Source of the DNA: an uncultured Gemmatimonadales bacterium
Lineage (GTDB): Bacteria; Gemmatimonadota; Gemmatimonadetes; Longimicrobiales; Gaopeijiaceae
Assembly (NCBI GenBank): GCA_963823035.1
Contig: CAWGKG010000014.1
Location: forward strand, 64,001 to 128,000
Reading direction: 5' to 3'
Length of the DNA stretch: 64,000 nt
The number at the start of each line of letters is the position of its first letter. Positions within the stretch are counted from its first letter, which is position 1. The position numbers were made by a program, and so were the translations under genes. This document shows, in pieces, positions 33,538 to 46,583 of the stretch. The notes below the pieces were generated by a model. It saw only the letters and a program-made list of their open reading frames with translations, searched no databases and was not told where the DNA came from.

Positions 33538-33662
33538 TTCCCGTAAGTACATGTCACACAACCAACTACGTCATGTGTCGAAGTGGCTGACCGTCCCCTG
33601 ACGAGGACACCTCGCAGGGTGCGAAGGACACGGGAGCGCGCCCAGCCCCGTGCGCCCGGAGC

Positions 33663-36681
<3,019 letters not shown>

Positions 36682-36685
<4 letters not shown>

Positions 36686-37500
36686 CCGGCCTCGACCGTG
36701 TTCTCCGGAGGCCCGATGCTCGGCTCGATCTCCTCCGTCTCGGCCTCGTGGGCACGACGCCGGCGGACGATGCCGGCCGAGAGGAAGATCGACAGCTCGT
36801 AGAGGAGGAGCAGCGGAATCAGCATCATCACCGTCAGCGTGACCACGTCGCCCGGGGTGATGAAGCTGGCCAGGGCGGTCATCGCGACCGCGTTGTGCCG
36901 GCGCTTCTCGCGCAGGAACTCGGGCGTCACCAGCCCGAGGGCCGTCAGTACCATGATGACCACGGGAAGCTCGAAGACCACGCCGAAGGCCAGGAGCATC
37001 TTCGTGATCATGGCCAGCGTCTTGGTGATCTCGAGCTGGCTCTTCATGGCTTCGCCCTCGAACTTGGCGAAGAACTCGAGCATGCCGGGGAGGGCGAGGA
37101 AATAGCCCATCGCGACGCCGACGACGAAGAGGACGAGCCCCATGTAGAGCGCCGGGACGATCGCGCGCTTCTCGTGCTTCTCCAGCGCCGGGGAGAGGAA
37201 CGACCAGACCTGATAGACCACCACCGGGAAGGCGAGGATCACCCCCATGACCAGCGCCAGCTTCAGCTTGATCATGAAGGGGTCCGCCGGCGACAGGTAG
37301 ATCAGCTGGAAGTTCGGGTCGTTCCGCGCCCGGCGTACGGGAGCGATCAGCAGCTCCAGCACGTTGAAGTAGTAGACGATCGCGAAGGCGACGATCGCCC
37401 CGATCGTGACGGCCAGCAGGGACCAGAAGATGCGCCAGCGCAGCTCCTCGAGGTGGTCGAGGAACGGCATCTCGCCCTTGGGGTTGCGGTGGCGGATCAT
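36682..37500 (-). CDS. tatC: Twin-arginine translocase TatC
   Basis: EMPFLDHLEELRWR, YQVWSFLSPAL, FGVVFELP, LYELSI. Confidence 0.97.
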
Positions 37501-37572
37501 CGACGGTGGGATGGCTCCGTGGAGGTTCGTGCGGAGGCGAGGTGCGGAGAGGCGCGGCGGATCACAGGGAGG

Positions 37573-38070
37573 TCAGAACGGCAGCTCCTCCTGGATGCGG
37601 TCCAGGGCCTCCCGCTCCTGCCTCTCCTTCATCTCGTCGACGAATTCCTGGAACTCACCCGCGTCCTGGAAGTTCCGGTACACGGACGCGTAGCGGACGA
37701 AGGCCACGCGGTCGAGCGCACGGAGCCGCTCCATGACCATCTCGCCCAGCTTCACGCTGGGGACCTCGACGCCCGCGTAGCGCGACAGGGCGTCCTCGAT
37801 CTCGTCGGCCAGGCGGTCCATGGCCGAGGCCGAGACCGGCCTCTTGGCACAGGCGACCCTCACGCTGGCCAGTAGCTTGCCGCGATCGAAGTCCTCGACC
37901 GAGCCCGACCGCTTCAGCACCTGGATCGGGCGCTCCTCGACGTACTCGTAGGTGGTGAATCGCGCCCCGCACACCGTGCATTCCCGCCGGCGACGCACCG
38001 CGCGCCCTCCTCGGCTGGCCCGCGTGTCGACGACGCGGTTGTCGGTCGCGTCGCACTCGGGGCAACGCAT
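37573..38070 (-). CDS. nrdR: Transcriptional repressor NrdR
   Basis: MRCPEC..VVDTR..RRRRECTVCGARFTTYE, ATP-cone, VAFVRYASVYRNF. Confidence 0.97.
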   Translation of the reverse strand: MRCPECDATDNRVVDTRASRGGRAVRRRRECTVCGARFTTYEYVEERPIQVLKRSGSVEDFDRGKLLASVRVACAKRPVSASAMDRLADEIEDALSRYAGVEVPSVKLGEMVMERLRALDRVAFVRYASVYRNFQDAGEFQEFVDEMKERQEREALDRIQEELPF

Positions 38071-38082
38071 GCGTCGGCTGGC

Positions 38083-38877
38083 CTAGCGGCCGATCTCGCG
38101 GAGCTTGTCCGCCGCCAGCGTCGCCGCGTCCGAGTCCGGGTACGTGTTCACGACCCGCTGAAGCGTGGCGCGCGCCTCGGACGTGTTCCCGAGCTCGTTC
38201 TGGATGGTGCCCATCCGGTAGAGCGCGTCAGGCACCTTGGCGGCCGTGGGGAAGAGCTGCGGGATTTCGTTGAAGGCGTCGAGCGCTTCCTGTAGCCGGT
38301 TCTGCTGGTAGAGGATGTCCGCCAGGAAGTAGTGCGCATCGGGCGCCAGGTCCTGGGTCGGGTAGGCCTGCAGAAAGCTCTCGAAGGCCTGCCGCGCCGA
38401 GGTGAGCGAGCCGCGGTTGAACTGATTGACGCCCGCGTCGAACATGGCACGGGGATCGCCGCCCCCCCTGTCGCTTCCGGTCGGCGTGGCACCGGTCTCG
38501 ACACCCGCGTCGCCGGGTGAAGCACCCGTCGAGCCGCGCCGCAGGTTGGCGAACTGGTCGCGCATCCCCGCGATGCCGCGCTGGTTCTCACCCGCGATCG
38601 CTTCCAGGCGCGTCAGGCTCTCGCTCATCGACCGCAGCGTGCTCGACAGGTCGCCGCGGAAGTCGAAGAGCTGGTTCGCCTGCTGGCGCACCGTGTCCTG
38701 GGTGGACCGGGTCTCACGGCGCAACTCGTTCAGAAGCGAGTCCTGGCGCGCGGCCAGGGCTCGCAACTCGACCTGCACGTTGCGCATGTCGCCTTTGGTG
38801 GCGCAACTGGCCACCGCGAGTGCGGCGGCCATCGTCCAGAGGACGCGGGCCGCCGCGTGCCGTTCTCTACGTCTCAT
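38083..38877 (-). CDS. cpoB: Tol-Pal system protein CpoB/YbgF (lipoprotein)
   Basis: Lipobox VASC, coiled coil, TPRs (FLQAYP..APDAHYFLA, KVPDALYRMG); follows pal. Confidence 0.9.
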   Translation of the reverse strand: MRRRERHAAARVLWTMAAALAVASCATKGDMRNVQVELRALAARQDSLLNELRRETRSTQDTVRQQANQLFDFRGDLSSTLRSMSESLTRLEAIAGENQRGIAGMRDQFANLRRGSTGASPGDAGVETGATPTGSDRGGGDPRAMFDAGVNQFNRGSLTSARQAFESFLQAYPTQDLAPDAHYFLADILYQQNRLQEALDAFNEIPQLFPTAAKVPDALYRMGTIQNELGNTSEARATLQRVVNTYPDSDAATLAADKLREIGR

Positions 38878-38941
38878 CGCAGGGACGGTACCCCTCCCGA
38901 CCCGCGAGCGGTCCGGGAGGGGAGACCGACTCGAAGGGTCG

Positions 38942-39535
38942 TCACATGGGCGGGTTGATCGCGTTCGCGCCCGCCGTGATCTGGAATTCCGCTCGCCGGT
39001 TCTGCGCCCAGGCCGATTCGTTGGACTGGTTCACCAGCGGACGCTCCTCACCGAAGGACGTGATGGTGAAGCGGCTGGCGTCCAGTCCGAATCCCGTCAG
39101 GAACTGACGCACGGATTCCGCGCGCCGCTGGCCCAGGGCGAGGTTGTACTCCGTAGAGCCGCGCTCGTCGGCGTGGCCGGCGATCCGGAGCCGCACCTGC
39201 GGGCTGGCCCGCAGCACGTCGACCTTGCTGCGAAGCACCGCCGCCGCGTCCGTGCGGATGTCCGACTGATCGTAGTCGAAGCGCACCATCTCCTCGAGCG
39301 TCGCCCGGGCTGCTGCGACGGCCCGCTCACGGGCGGCCGCCGCCTGAGCGGCGCGCTGCGCTGCGGCGATGGAGTCCGCTCTACGGGCAGCCGCGATCGA
39401 GTCCGCGCGACGAACGGCCGCGAGCGAATCCATGTTCGGGCCGGCCGGGGCTGGCGGAGGCGGCGGCTCCTTCTTGCAGGCCGCGACGACCAGCGTGGCG
39501 GCCAGGATGGGGGCGACGAAACGGCGGAGGATCAT
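38942..39535 (-). CDS. pal: Peptidoglycan-associated lipoprotein Pal
   Basis: Lipobox VAAC, RFDYDQS, GHADERGSTEYNLALGQRRA, SFGEERP, NRRAEF. Confidence 0.95.
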   Translation of the reverse strand: MILRRFVAPILAATLVVAACKKEPPPPPAPAGPNMDSLAAVRRADSIAAARRADSIAAAQRAAQAAAARERAVAAARATLEEMVRFDYDQSDIRTDAAAVLRSKVDVLRASPQVRLRIAGHADERGSTEYNLALGQRRAESVRQFLTGFGLDASRFTITSFGEERPLVNQSNESAWAQNRRAEFQITAGANAINPPM

Positions 39536-39633
39536 CCGTAGTACTCCGGGTTGAGCATCTCACGTGGCGAAGCGGCGTCGGTCGACGTCGCGCGGTGCGA
39601 CGCACAGAAGCTAACGCGCTTTCGTGTAGGGGA

Positions 39634-39663
39634 AAGACCCAAGACCCCTGGCATATACGTCAA
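39634..39663 (-). promoter_or_regulatory. Putative pal promoter TTGACG-N18-GGTCTT
   Basis: AT-richer tolB-pal intergenic region with the same spacing as other promoters in the window. Confidence 0.45.
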
Positions 39664-39721
39664 AAGTGCTTCTGGCGCAACGTCGGACCGCGGGCCGCCG
39701 GGGCCAGCCACGGCCTTCGGG

Positions 39722-41101
39722 TCAGCCTCCCGACCCGAGCGCCGGAGACCACGCGGGCACGCCGACTCGCCGGCTGCCCAGGAGGGTCCGGAGGTTGCCG
39801 GTCGCCACGTCCACCACCATCAGACCCGTCCCCCAGCTCCGCTCCCCGACGAAGACCAGGTGCCGCCCGTCCGGCCCCCAGCTCGGATCCTCGTTGTTGC
39901 CCACCCACGTGAGCTGGCGGATCCGTCGGCCCCGGTCCTTGAGGTCGGCCACCAGGATGTGGTAGGTGCCCCGCCGCACGGCGCCGTGGAACGCCACCAG
40001 GTCGTTGGTGGGCGACCAGTCCGGTGCCGAGTAGTAGCCGCCCCGCCCGTACTGGTACGGGGAGATGGTCTCCGGATCGCCGCCCTCGGCCGGCATCACC
40101 ATGATCTGCGGGACGTTCGTGCCGAAGCGGTTCGTGTTGAACGCCATGCGCCGGCCGTCCGGCGAATAGGTCGGCGACAGGTCGTCGTAGCCCGGCCCGC
40201 CCGACAGGTGGGTCAGGCAGCATTCGCGGTCGAGGTTGTACGTGAAGAGCCCCGAGCGCGTCCCGCCGCTCACCGAGAAGGCGATCGTCTGGCCGTCGCG
40301 CGCGAAGGTGGGCGTGATGTAGATCCCGTCCCGCGGCGCCGGCATCTCCTTCTCCTGGCCGTTGGCGAGGTCGACCTCGTAGATGCGCCAGTCGTCGTCG
40401 TTCTTGTCCGAGGAGTAGGCGATCTTGGAGCCGTCCGGGCTCCACGCCGGCGACATGCTCAGCGAGTGGTTGTTCGTGAGGCGGCGCAGGTTCTCCCCAT
40501 CCGAGTCGATGAGGTAGATCTCCTTGTCCCCGTCGGAGGTCACCATGTTGAAGGCGATCCGGCTCGCCGCCATCCCCAGCTCACCCGTAGCCCACTGGAC
40601 GATCTGGTCGGACGCCTGGTGCACGGCCATCCGGAAGCCCTCGCTGGCCGGGTCGGGTAGGCGGAACCGACCGCGCTCCTTCACCTCTCCGTACACCACG
40701 TCGTGGAGCTCGAGGAGGAGCACGTACCCCTCGCCCGCGCCCTCCACCTGGCCCGACACGAGCCAGACGGCGCCGAGCTGGTCCCAGAGCGCGTAGTCCA
40801 CCGCGTCACCCAGGAGCGAGGCGGGAAGCGAGTCCATCACCTGGAAGCGGTCGGAGTTGTGCAGGTCGCGGCCCACGATCGCCTCGACCTGCGGCGCCAC
40901 ACCGCCGCCCCCGAAGCGACCCGTGAACGGCTTCAGGGCGAGCGCCGGGGAGTAGGCCGACTCGTAGACGAGCCCGAGCGTCACCCCCGGGATGGAGTCC
41001 CGGACCTGCGCCAGCGCCGGGAGCGCGCCCGCCGCCAGCGTCGCCACGGCCAGGACGGCCCCGCGCGCTCCCCGACCCGTTCTCCGCCTGATCATCCTCA
41101 T
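39722..41101 (-). CDS. tolB: Tol-Pal beta-propeller protein TolB
   Basis: Signal peptide (ALA|Q), SRIAF, PD40 repeats SPAWSPDG, PTYSPDG, PDWSP, PSWGPDG. Confidence 0.92.
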   Translation of the reverse strand: MRMIRRRTGRGARGAVLAVATLAAGALPALAQVRDSIPGVTLGLVYESAYSPALALKPFTGRFGGGGVAPQVEAIVGRDLHNSDRFQVMDSLPASLLGDAVDYALWDQLGAVWLVSGQVEGAGEGYVLLLELHDVVYGEVKERGRFRLPDPASEGFRMAVHQASDQIVQWATGELGMAASRIAFNMVTSDGDKEIYLIDSDGENLRRLTNNHSLSMSPAWSPDGSKIAYSSDKNDDDWRIYEVDLANGQEKEMPAPRDGIYITPTFARDGQTIAFSVSGGTRSGLFTYNLDRECCLTHLSGGPGYDDLSPTYSPDGRRMAFNTNRFGTNVPQIMVMPAEGGDPETISPYQYGRGGYYSAPDWSPTNDLVAFHGAVRRGTYHILVADLKDRGRRIRQLTWVGNNEDPSWGPDGRHLVFVGERSWGTGLMVVDVATGNLRTLLGSRRVGVPAWSPALGSGG

Positions 41102-41865
41102 CGATTCGTCGCCGCCTGGTCGGTCGAAGGTGCGCCCTGCGGCGGCGTGCCGCCGCCGCCACTGGGCGTGAACTTGAACTGGATCGGAAGCTGCTCCCAC
41201 GGGAGGTCTTCGGGAAGCGCCCCCAGGCGTCCCTTTCCTGCGCACTCCACCGCGCCCAGCGCCTCGAAGTCGAACTGCGCGTTGCCGGACTTGTCCACGA
41301 AGTCGAGCCCCGTCACCGTGCCGTCCCGTCGGATCACGAAGTACACGGTCGTCGCCCAGGTCCCGCCGGCCGTCCAGCGGAAGCAGCGGCGGATCTGGCG
41401 GATGATGTTGTCGTAGTACGCCGGATAGTCGCGCTTCAGCCCCTCCATGCGGACGTTGATGTCCTCCCCGCTCTCCTTCGCGTTCTCCGCGGGCTTCGCG
41501 GTCGCGGCGGCCGGCTTCTTCACCTCCGCTTCCTTCGGCGGATCCTTGCGCGGCGGCTGTTCCGGCTTGGGTTGGGGATCGGGCGGCTTCAGCCTCGGCT
41601 TCTCCTCCACCACCGGAGCCGGCTTCTCCTCCTTCGGCTCCGGTGGCTTGGGATTGGGCCGCTCGATGACGAGCTCTTCCTTCGCCGGCTGGGGCTCGGG
41701 GGCCTGGACGGCGGGCGGGGGCGACACCAGATCGACCTGGTAGGTCACGAACTCGAGGGGCGGACGCGCCTGCAACGAATTCCAGAGCGTGAGCAGGAGC
41801 ACCAGCACATGCACGGCGATGGCGCCGAGCAGGGACCTGCCGTCGAAGCTCCCGCGTCGCTTCAT
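41098..41865 (-). CDS. tolA: TolA/TonB-type energy transducer
   Basis: TM anchor with His, Pro/Lys/Glu-rich linker, TonB C-terminal (FVIRRDGTV..SGNAQFD..AL). Confidence 0.85.
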   Translation of the reverse strand: MKRRGSFDGRSLLGAIAVHVLVLLLTLWNSLQARPPLEFVTYQVDLVSPPPAVQAPEPQPAKEELVIERPNPKPPEPKEEKPAPVVEEKPRLKPPDPQPKPEQPPRKDPPKEAEVKKPAAATAKPAENAKESGEDINVRMEGLKRDYPAYYDNIIRQIRRCFRWTAGGTWATTVYFVIRRDGTVTGLDFVDKSGNAQFDFEALGAVECAGKGRLGALPEDLPWEQLPIQFKFTPSGGGGTPPQGAPSTDQAATNR

Positions 41866-41871
41866 GGCCCG

Positions 41872-42291
41872 TTACCGCCCTCCGGCGTACGGCTCGCCCA
41901 CCAGCGACCACTTCACGCCGCTGCGCGCGAGGGTGGCGACCACCTTGAGGACCGGACCGTACATGGCGAGTGAGTCGGCCCGCAGGTACACGTGCTCCAG
42001 GTTGCCCGCCGTGGCGAGCTGGCCGAAGCTCTGCTCGAACTCCTGAACGGTGGTCGGGTTGTTCTCGATGAAGACCTGACCCGCGCTGTTCACGGTCACG
42101 TAGAAGGGCTTGTCCCGCGCCGTGAGCGGCTGGACGTCCGCCTTCGGCACCGCGACCTCGATCCCGCCCTGCAGGATCGGGGCCGTGATGATGAAGATCA
42201 CGAGCAGCGTGAACGCCACGTCCACGAGGCTCGTGACGTTGATATCGGCGTTGAGCGGGAGGTCACCCCGTCGGCGCGTACGACCGTTCAT
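41872..42291 (-). CDS. tolR: TolR/ExbD biopolymer transporter
   Basis: INVTSLVDVAFTLLVIFIITAP, LRAD. Confidence 0.92.
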   Translation of the reverse strand: MNGRTRRRGDLPLNADINVTSLVDVAFTLLVIFIITAPILQGGIEVAVPKADVQPLTARDKPFYVTVNSAGQVFIENNPTTVQEFEQSFGQLATAGNLEHVYLRADSLAMYGPVLKVVATLARSGVKWSLVGEPYAGGR

Positions 42292-42298
42292 GACGTCT

Positions 42299-43024
42299 TC
42301 ATACGCGCCCTTCGCGGGCGAGGGTCCCGATGAACTCGGCGCTGAAGCCCTCCAGCTCGCCCGTCACCAGGTTGAGCTGGCCCACGAAGTGGTTGTAGCC
42401 GATCACGGCCGGGATCGCGACGAAGAGGCCCGCCACGGTCGTCACGAGCGCCTCGGCCACGCCCGGCGCCACCGCGCCGATGTTCGTGGAGCCGGCGGCC
42501 GTGATGCCCAGGAAGGCGTCCATGATCCCGATCACGGTGCCCAGGAGGCCCATGAGCGGGGATACGGAGCCGATGACCGCCAGCCAGGTGAGGCCGCGCG
42601 CCAACTCGTCGCGCTCCTCGGACTCCTCCTTCTCCAGCACCATGCGCAGCGCCTCGAGCTGCGTGGGCGACAACCCCTGGGTCGGCTGCGCCCCCTGGCG
42701 CAGCGCTCCGGGGCGGAGCTCGCTGAAGAAGTTCACCCCCTGGCGGAAGACGCGCCCGTAGGGCGACTCCGGGAGCGCCAGGATCGCCTTGTAGGCATCC
42801 TCGAGGCGCTGGGCCCGCTCCATCTGCTCGAGGAAGCGGTCACCCTGGCGGCGCACGTGGCGGAACTGTCGCCACTTGTGGAAGATCAGCCACCACGAGG
42901 TGAGCGAGAAGATCGCCAGGAACGTCAGGACGATCTTCGTGGACAGGGAGCCGCCGAGGATCATGTCGAGGGCGGTCTCGGGCGATCGCGCCTGCACCAG
43001 GAACGCGAGGGACGCCAGCGTCAT
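42299..43024 (-). CDS. tolQ: TolQ/ExbB proton channel
   Basis: SPLMGLLGTVIGIM, VAPGVAEALVTTVAGLFVAIPA. Confidence 0.93.
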   Translation of the reverse strand: MTLASLAFLVQARSPETALDMILGGSLSTKIVLTFLAIFSLTSWWLIFHKWRQFRHVRRQGDRFLEQMERAQRLEDAYKAILALPESPYGRVFRQGVNFFSELRPGALRQGAQPTQGLSPTQLEALRMVLEKEESEERDELARGLTWLAVIGSVSPLMGLLGTVIGIMDAFLGITAAGSTNIGAVAPGVAEALVTTVAGLFVAIPAVIGYNHFVGQLNLVTGELEGFSAEFIGTLAREGRV

Positions 43025-43990
43025 TCGGGATGAACTCCCCTCTTGGCTTCGATGTGCTCGTACGTCTGGCGGAGCCCCTCTGAAAGCGTGTGGCCGGGGC
43101 TCCACCCGACCGATCGGATCCTCGACGGGTCGAGGGTGCTCTTCAGGAGCTCGCCCGGCCGCGCCGGACGATACTCCCGTCCTGGATGGCGATCCACGGC
43201 GTGCTCCAGCGTGTCCGCCAGCTGGTTGACGCTCGTGCCAACGCCGGTGCCCACGTTGAATGCGAAGGCGTCCAGCCCGCGGTCGTCCGACAACTCCAGG
43301 TCCGAGACCCTCATGTTCGCCGAGACCACGTCCTTGACGAAGACGTAGTCCCGGGTCTGCTCACCGTCGCCGAAGATCGTGAGGGGTTCGTCGTCCAGGA
43401 GCCGGCTACAGAAGATCGCTACTACACCCGCCTCCCCATGGGGATCCTGGCGCGGGCCGAACACGTTCGAGTAGCGGAGCGCGACGTATTCGAGCCCCCG
43501 GACCTTGCTGTAGTAGTGCAGGTAGTACTCGCCCGCGAGCTTCGTCACCCCGTAGGGCGAGAGGGGGAGCTTGGGCGCGCTCTCGGGGGTCGGGATCTCC
43601 TCCGGCTCTCCGTAGACCACGCCGCCGCTGCTCACGAAGACCACGCGGCGCGTCCCGACCTCGAGCGCCCCCTCGGCCACGTTCAGGAGGCCGAGGACGT
43701 TGATCCGGGCATCGCGCGCGGGGTCCGACACGGAGATGCGCACGTCGATCTGCGCGGCGTGGTGGTTCACCAGGTCGAAGCGCACCTCGCGGAAGAGGTT
43801 GCGCAGATCGGGATCGCCCACGTCCATCTCCACGAACGTCGCCCCCTCCGGGCACGTTCTCCCGCTTCCCCGACGAGAGGTCGTCGACCACCCAGACGTC
43901 GTCGCCTGCCGCCAGATACGCCTCGGCGACGTGGCTGGCGATGAACCCCGCACCGCCGGTCACGAGGACCCTACGCTTATCGTTTTTCAT
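43021..43990 (-). CDS. NAD-dependent epimerase/dehydratase (UDP-glucose 4-epimerase-like); frameshift near 43855
   Basis: LVTGGAGFIASH, HHAAQIDVR, SSGG, YGVTK, RYSNVFGPRQ, TRDYVFV. Confidence 0.92.
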
Positions 43991-44011
43991 GGATTCTTGT
44001 CGAAAGTTGAA

Positions 44012-44050
44012 CGTCCCCCGCCGGTCCGGATGAGGGACCGGCGGGGGACG
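44012..44050 (-). terminator. Hairpin / probable terminator downstream of the LysM gene
   Basis: 16-bp perfect stem CGTCCCCCGCCGGTCC / GGACCGGCGGGGGACG with a 7-nt loop, followed on the minus strand by TTCAACTTT. Confidence 0.7.
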
Positions 44051-44104
44051 CTAACACGCTTCCCCGTCGAGAGCGAGGCGGACCGCCCCGGCCTCGGTGG
44101 ATCG

Positions 44105-45200
44105 TTACCGCATCTTCCGCGCCAGACGGACCACGATGCCCTGGTGGAACACCGCGTCGTCCATCGAGACGATGCGCGCGGCGGCGATACCGGACGTGAT
44201 CCCGACGACCTGGAGCCGGCCCTCGACCACGCCGCTGCCCGCCGCGGGATTGAGGTACTCGTACTCGTCGCCGATGCTCACGCCGTCGGCGGCGCCCTGG
44301 TCGAGGAAGGCGATGCCGCCCACGTCCTGGAGGACGTTCAGGCCGGCGAAGCCCATGACCATCGCCTCGCCGCCGCCGGAGACGGCCTGGGGCCGCTCCA
44401 TCGTGGGATCGTACTGCGGAAGCGGGCGGACGTAAGTCACCCAGCGTCATCCGGTCCAGCTCCCGGCTGACCACGGCCGCGGCCTCGTTGCCGTCCACCT
44501 CGCTGATCGTGATCACGCCGGTGGGGAGCATCACCTGCCCGACCTTCTCGATGATCTTGTCGGGCCGGAACACCTGCAGCTGCGTGCCCGCGGGGGGCGG
44601 CGTTCCCTCGAACGCGATGCGGACGCGGTCGTAGGTGCGCGCCGTCTCCGAGTTCGAGGCGCCGCCCGCGAAGCGGTCGACCGTCCCGAGGTACTCGGGC
44701 TCCTCACCGACGCGCACGAGCCAAGGAGCGGCGAGGACCATCAGGGGCGACACCGTCCACGCCTCCGCGGACCGGCCCTCCATCATGGAGGTGGTCACCC
44801 TCGCGGAGTCGCGGTGGAAGATCGTCCGCTGGCTGGCCATCGACCCCTGCGCCGGCGGCCTCTGGGGCTGCTGGCGCGGCGTCGTGGGCTGCGGCGCCTG
44901 GGTGGGCTGCGCCTCGGTCGGCTGCACCTGGGCCGCCGCCGGTTCCACGGTGACGCCCGACACCTCGGCCTCCCGCCCCGGAAGGGCGAAGACCTGATCC
45001 GGATAGATGAGGTTGGGATCGTTGATCTTGTCCCGGTTGGCTTCCCAGATGCGGCGCCACTGGAACGGATCGTTGTAGTAGTGCTCGGCCAGGTCCCAGA
45101 GCGTGTCACCGCGCACGACCGTGTGCGTGGCGACCTGCTGCATGGCGACGAAACCGGACAGAATCAGGACAGCGAGCAAAGCCGAGGCCGATCGGACCAT
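44105..45200 (-). CDS. LysM peptidoglycan-binding protein (TsaP-like architecture); frameshift near 44435
   Basis: Signal peptide, HTVVRGDTLWDLAEHYY.DPFQWRRIWEAN..I.DPNLIYP, Pro/Gln linker, FLDQGAADGVSIGD. Confidence 0.85.
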
Positions 45201-45254
45201 TGGGAGCACCTTCGGCAGGAAGTACGCGCATTTCCAAGCACAGGACACTGTTCG

Positions 45255-45284
45255 AAGATAGGAAGCGCCGACTTGCGGGGTCAA
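45255..45284 (-). promoter_or_regulatory. Sigma70-type promoter TTGACC-N18-TATCTT of the LysM gene
   Basis: Hexamers at 45284-45279 and 45260-45255, with an A-rich UP-like tract upstream. Confidence 0.65.
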
Positions 45285-45375
45285 CGCGTTTTTTCCATTT
45301 GGATTCAAATGTTTATCGCCGGCCGCCGTGCGGCGGGCGTGCGGCGACCGGGAGAACGCCGGTGCGGCGGGCCCA

Positions 45376-46055
45376 TCAGTCCGCGGCCGATCGCCAGCGC
45401 CCGTCGCCCACGACCACGTGGTCGAGCACGGGGATGCCGAGCGCGCGCCCCGCCTCGGCGAGTTGGCGGGTGACGGCGCGGTCCTCCGCCGACGGCGTCG
45501 GGTCGCCGGAGGGGTGGTTGTGCACGAGGATGACGCCGGCCGCCCCCTCGACCACGGCCACGCGGAACACCTCGCGCGGGTGGATCAGCGAGGCGTCGAG
45601 GATGCCGCGCGTCACGGCGACCTCGCGGATGACGCAGTGCCGGGTGTTGAGCAGGAGGGCGTGGAACTCCTCCTGGGCGAGGTCGCGCAGCCGGGGACCC
45701 ATGCGCCGGAAGACGTCCGCCGGCCCGCGGACCGGGTCTTCCTGGAGGGTGGTCTCGGTCGCGGCGCGCCGGCCCAGCTCGAGGGCGGCGAGCACGCGGG
45801 CCGCCGTGGCCCGCCCGACCCCGGTGACCGCCTCCAGCGCGCGGGGGTCCGTGACGCCCAGGCGACGGAGCGACCCGCCGGCCTCGCGCGAGGAGGCGCT
45901 CGGCGACCTGGAGGGCGGTCGCGCCCCCGCTGCCGCGTCCCGATCAGGAGGGCGAGGAGCTCGCGCAGCGAGAGGTGGCGGGCGCCGACGGAGCGGAGGC
46001 GCTCGCGCGGGCGGTCGGCCACGGAGGGATCGGGAACGTCGGACGGGGTCGGCAC
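45376..46055 (-). CDS. radC: RadC (JAB domain) protein; frameshift(s) near 45880-45940
   Basis: DRPRERL..LSLRELLALLI, GVGRATA, EEFHALLLN, IHPREVF, HNHPSGDPTPSAED, LDHVVVG. Confidence 0.93.
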
Positions 46056-46118
46056 CCGCCACGATCGCGGGCCCGGAGGGGCGCGGGGATGGTCGTGCGG
46101 GACGTCCTCCGCCCGAAC

Positions 46119-46583
46119 CTACAGGCGCAGCACCATCAGGAGCGCGTCCTCGCGCGGATGGTCGTAGTAGTCGCGACGCACCCCGATCTCCTTGAAGCCG
46201 AAGGCGCGGTAGAGGTCGGCCGCACCGCGATTCGACACCCGGACCTCGAGATAGAGCGACTCGACCCCGCGCTCGCGCGCCACCTCGACGATCCGCGCCA
46301 GGAGGTAGGCCCCGTAGCCACGCCGCCGGAACCGATCCACCACGGCGATGTTGGCCAGCTCGCCCTGATCCAGGATGCACCACACCACCGCGTAGGCCAC
46401 CACCCCGAACTCCGGGTCCTCGAGCACCCACAGCTCGGCGCCCGGCCGCTCCAGGAGCGTGTGGAAGGTGTCGGCCTTCCAGGGGGAGGTGAAGGCGTCC
46501 GCCTCGATCTCCGCCACGCGCACCACGTCCGCCGCGGTCATGCGGCGCGCCGTGACCCGGGGCGGCGCGCTCAGGCCGTCCAT
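46119..46583 (-). CDS. rimI: Ribosomal protein S18 alanine N-acetyltransferase
   Basis: IEADAFTSPW, NIAV..RRRGYG, LEVRVSN..A..LY..GF..GVRRDYY..EDALLM. Confidence 0.93.
   Translation of the reverse strand: MDGLSAPPRVTARRMTAADVVRVAEIEADAFTSPWKADTFHTLLERPGAELWVLEDPEFGVVAYAVVWCILDQGELANIAVVDRFRRRGYGAYLLARIVEVARERGVESLYLEVRVSNRGAADLYRAFGFKEIGVRRDYYDHPREDALLMVLRL

Noticed and set aside
45376..46055. radC as a marker of a mobile element or defence island
   Set aside because: Full-length chromosomal-type RadC with N-terminal HhH region in the tsaE-tsaB-rimI context, with no integrase or att sites.
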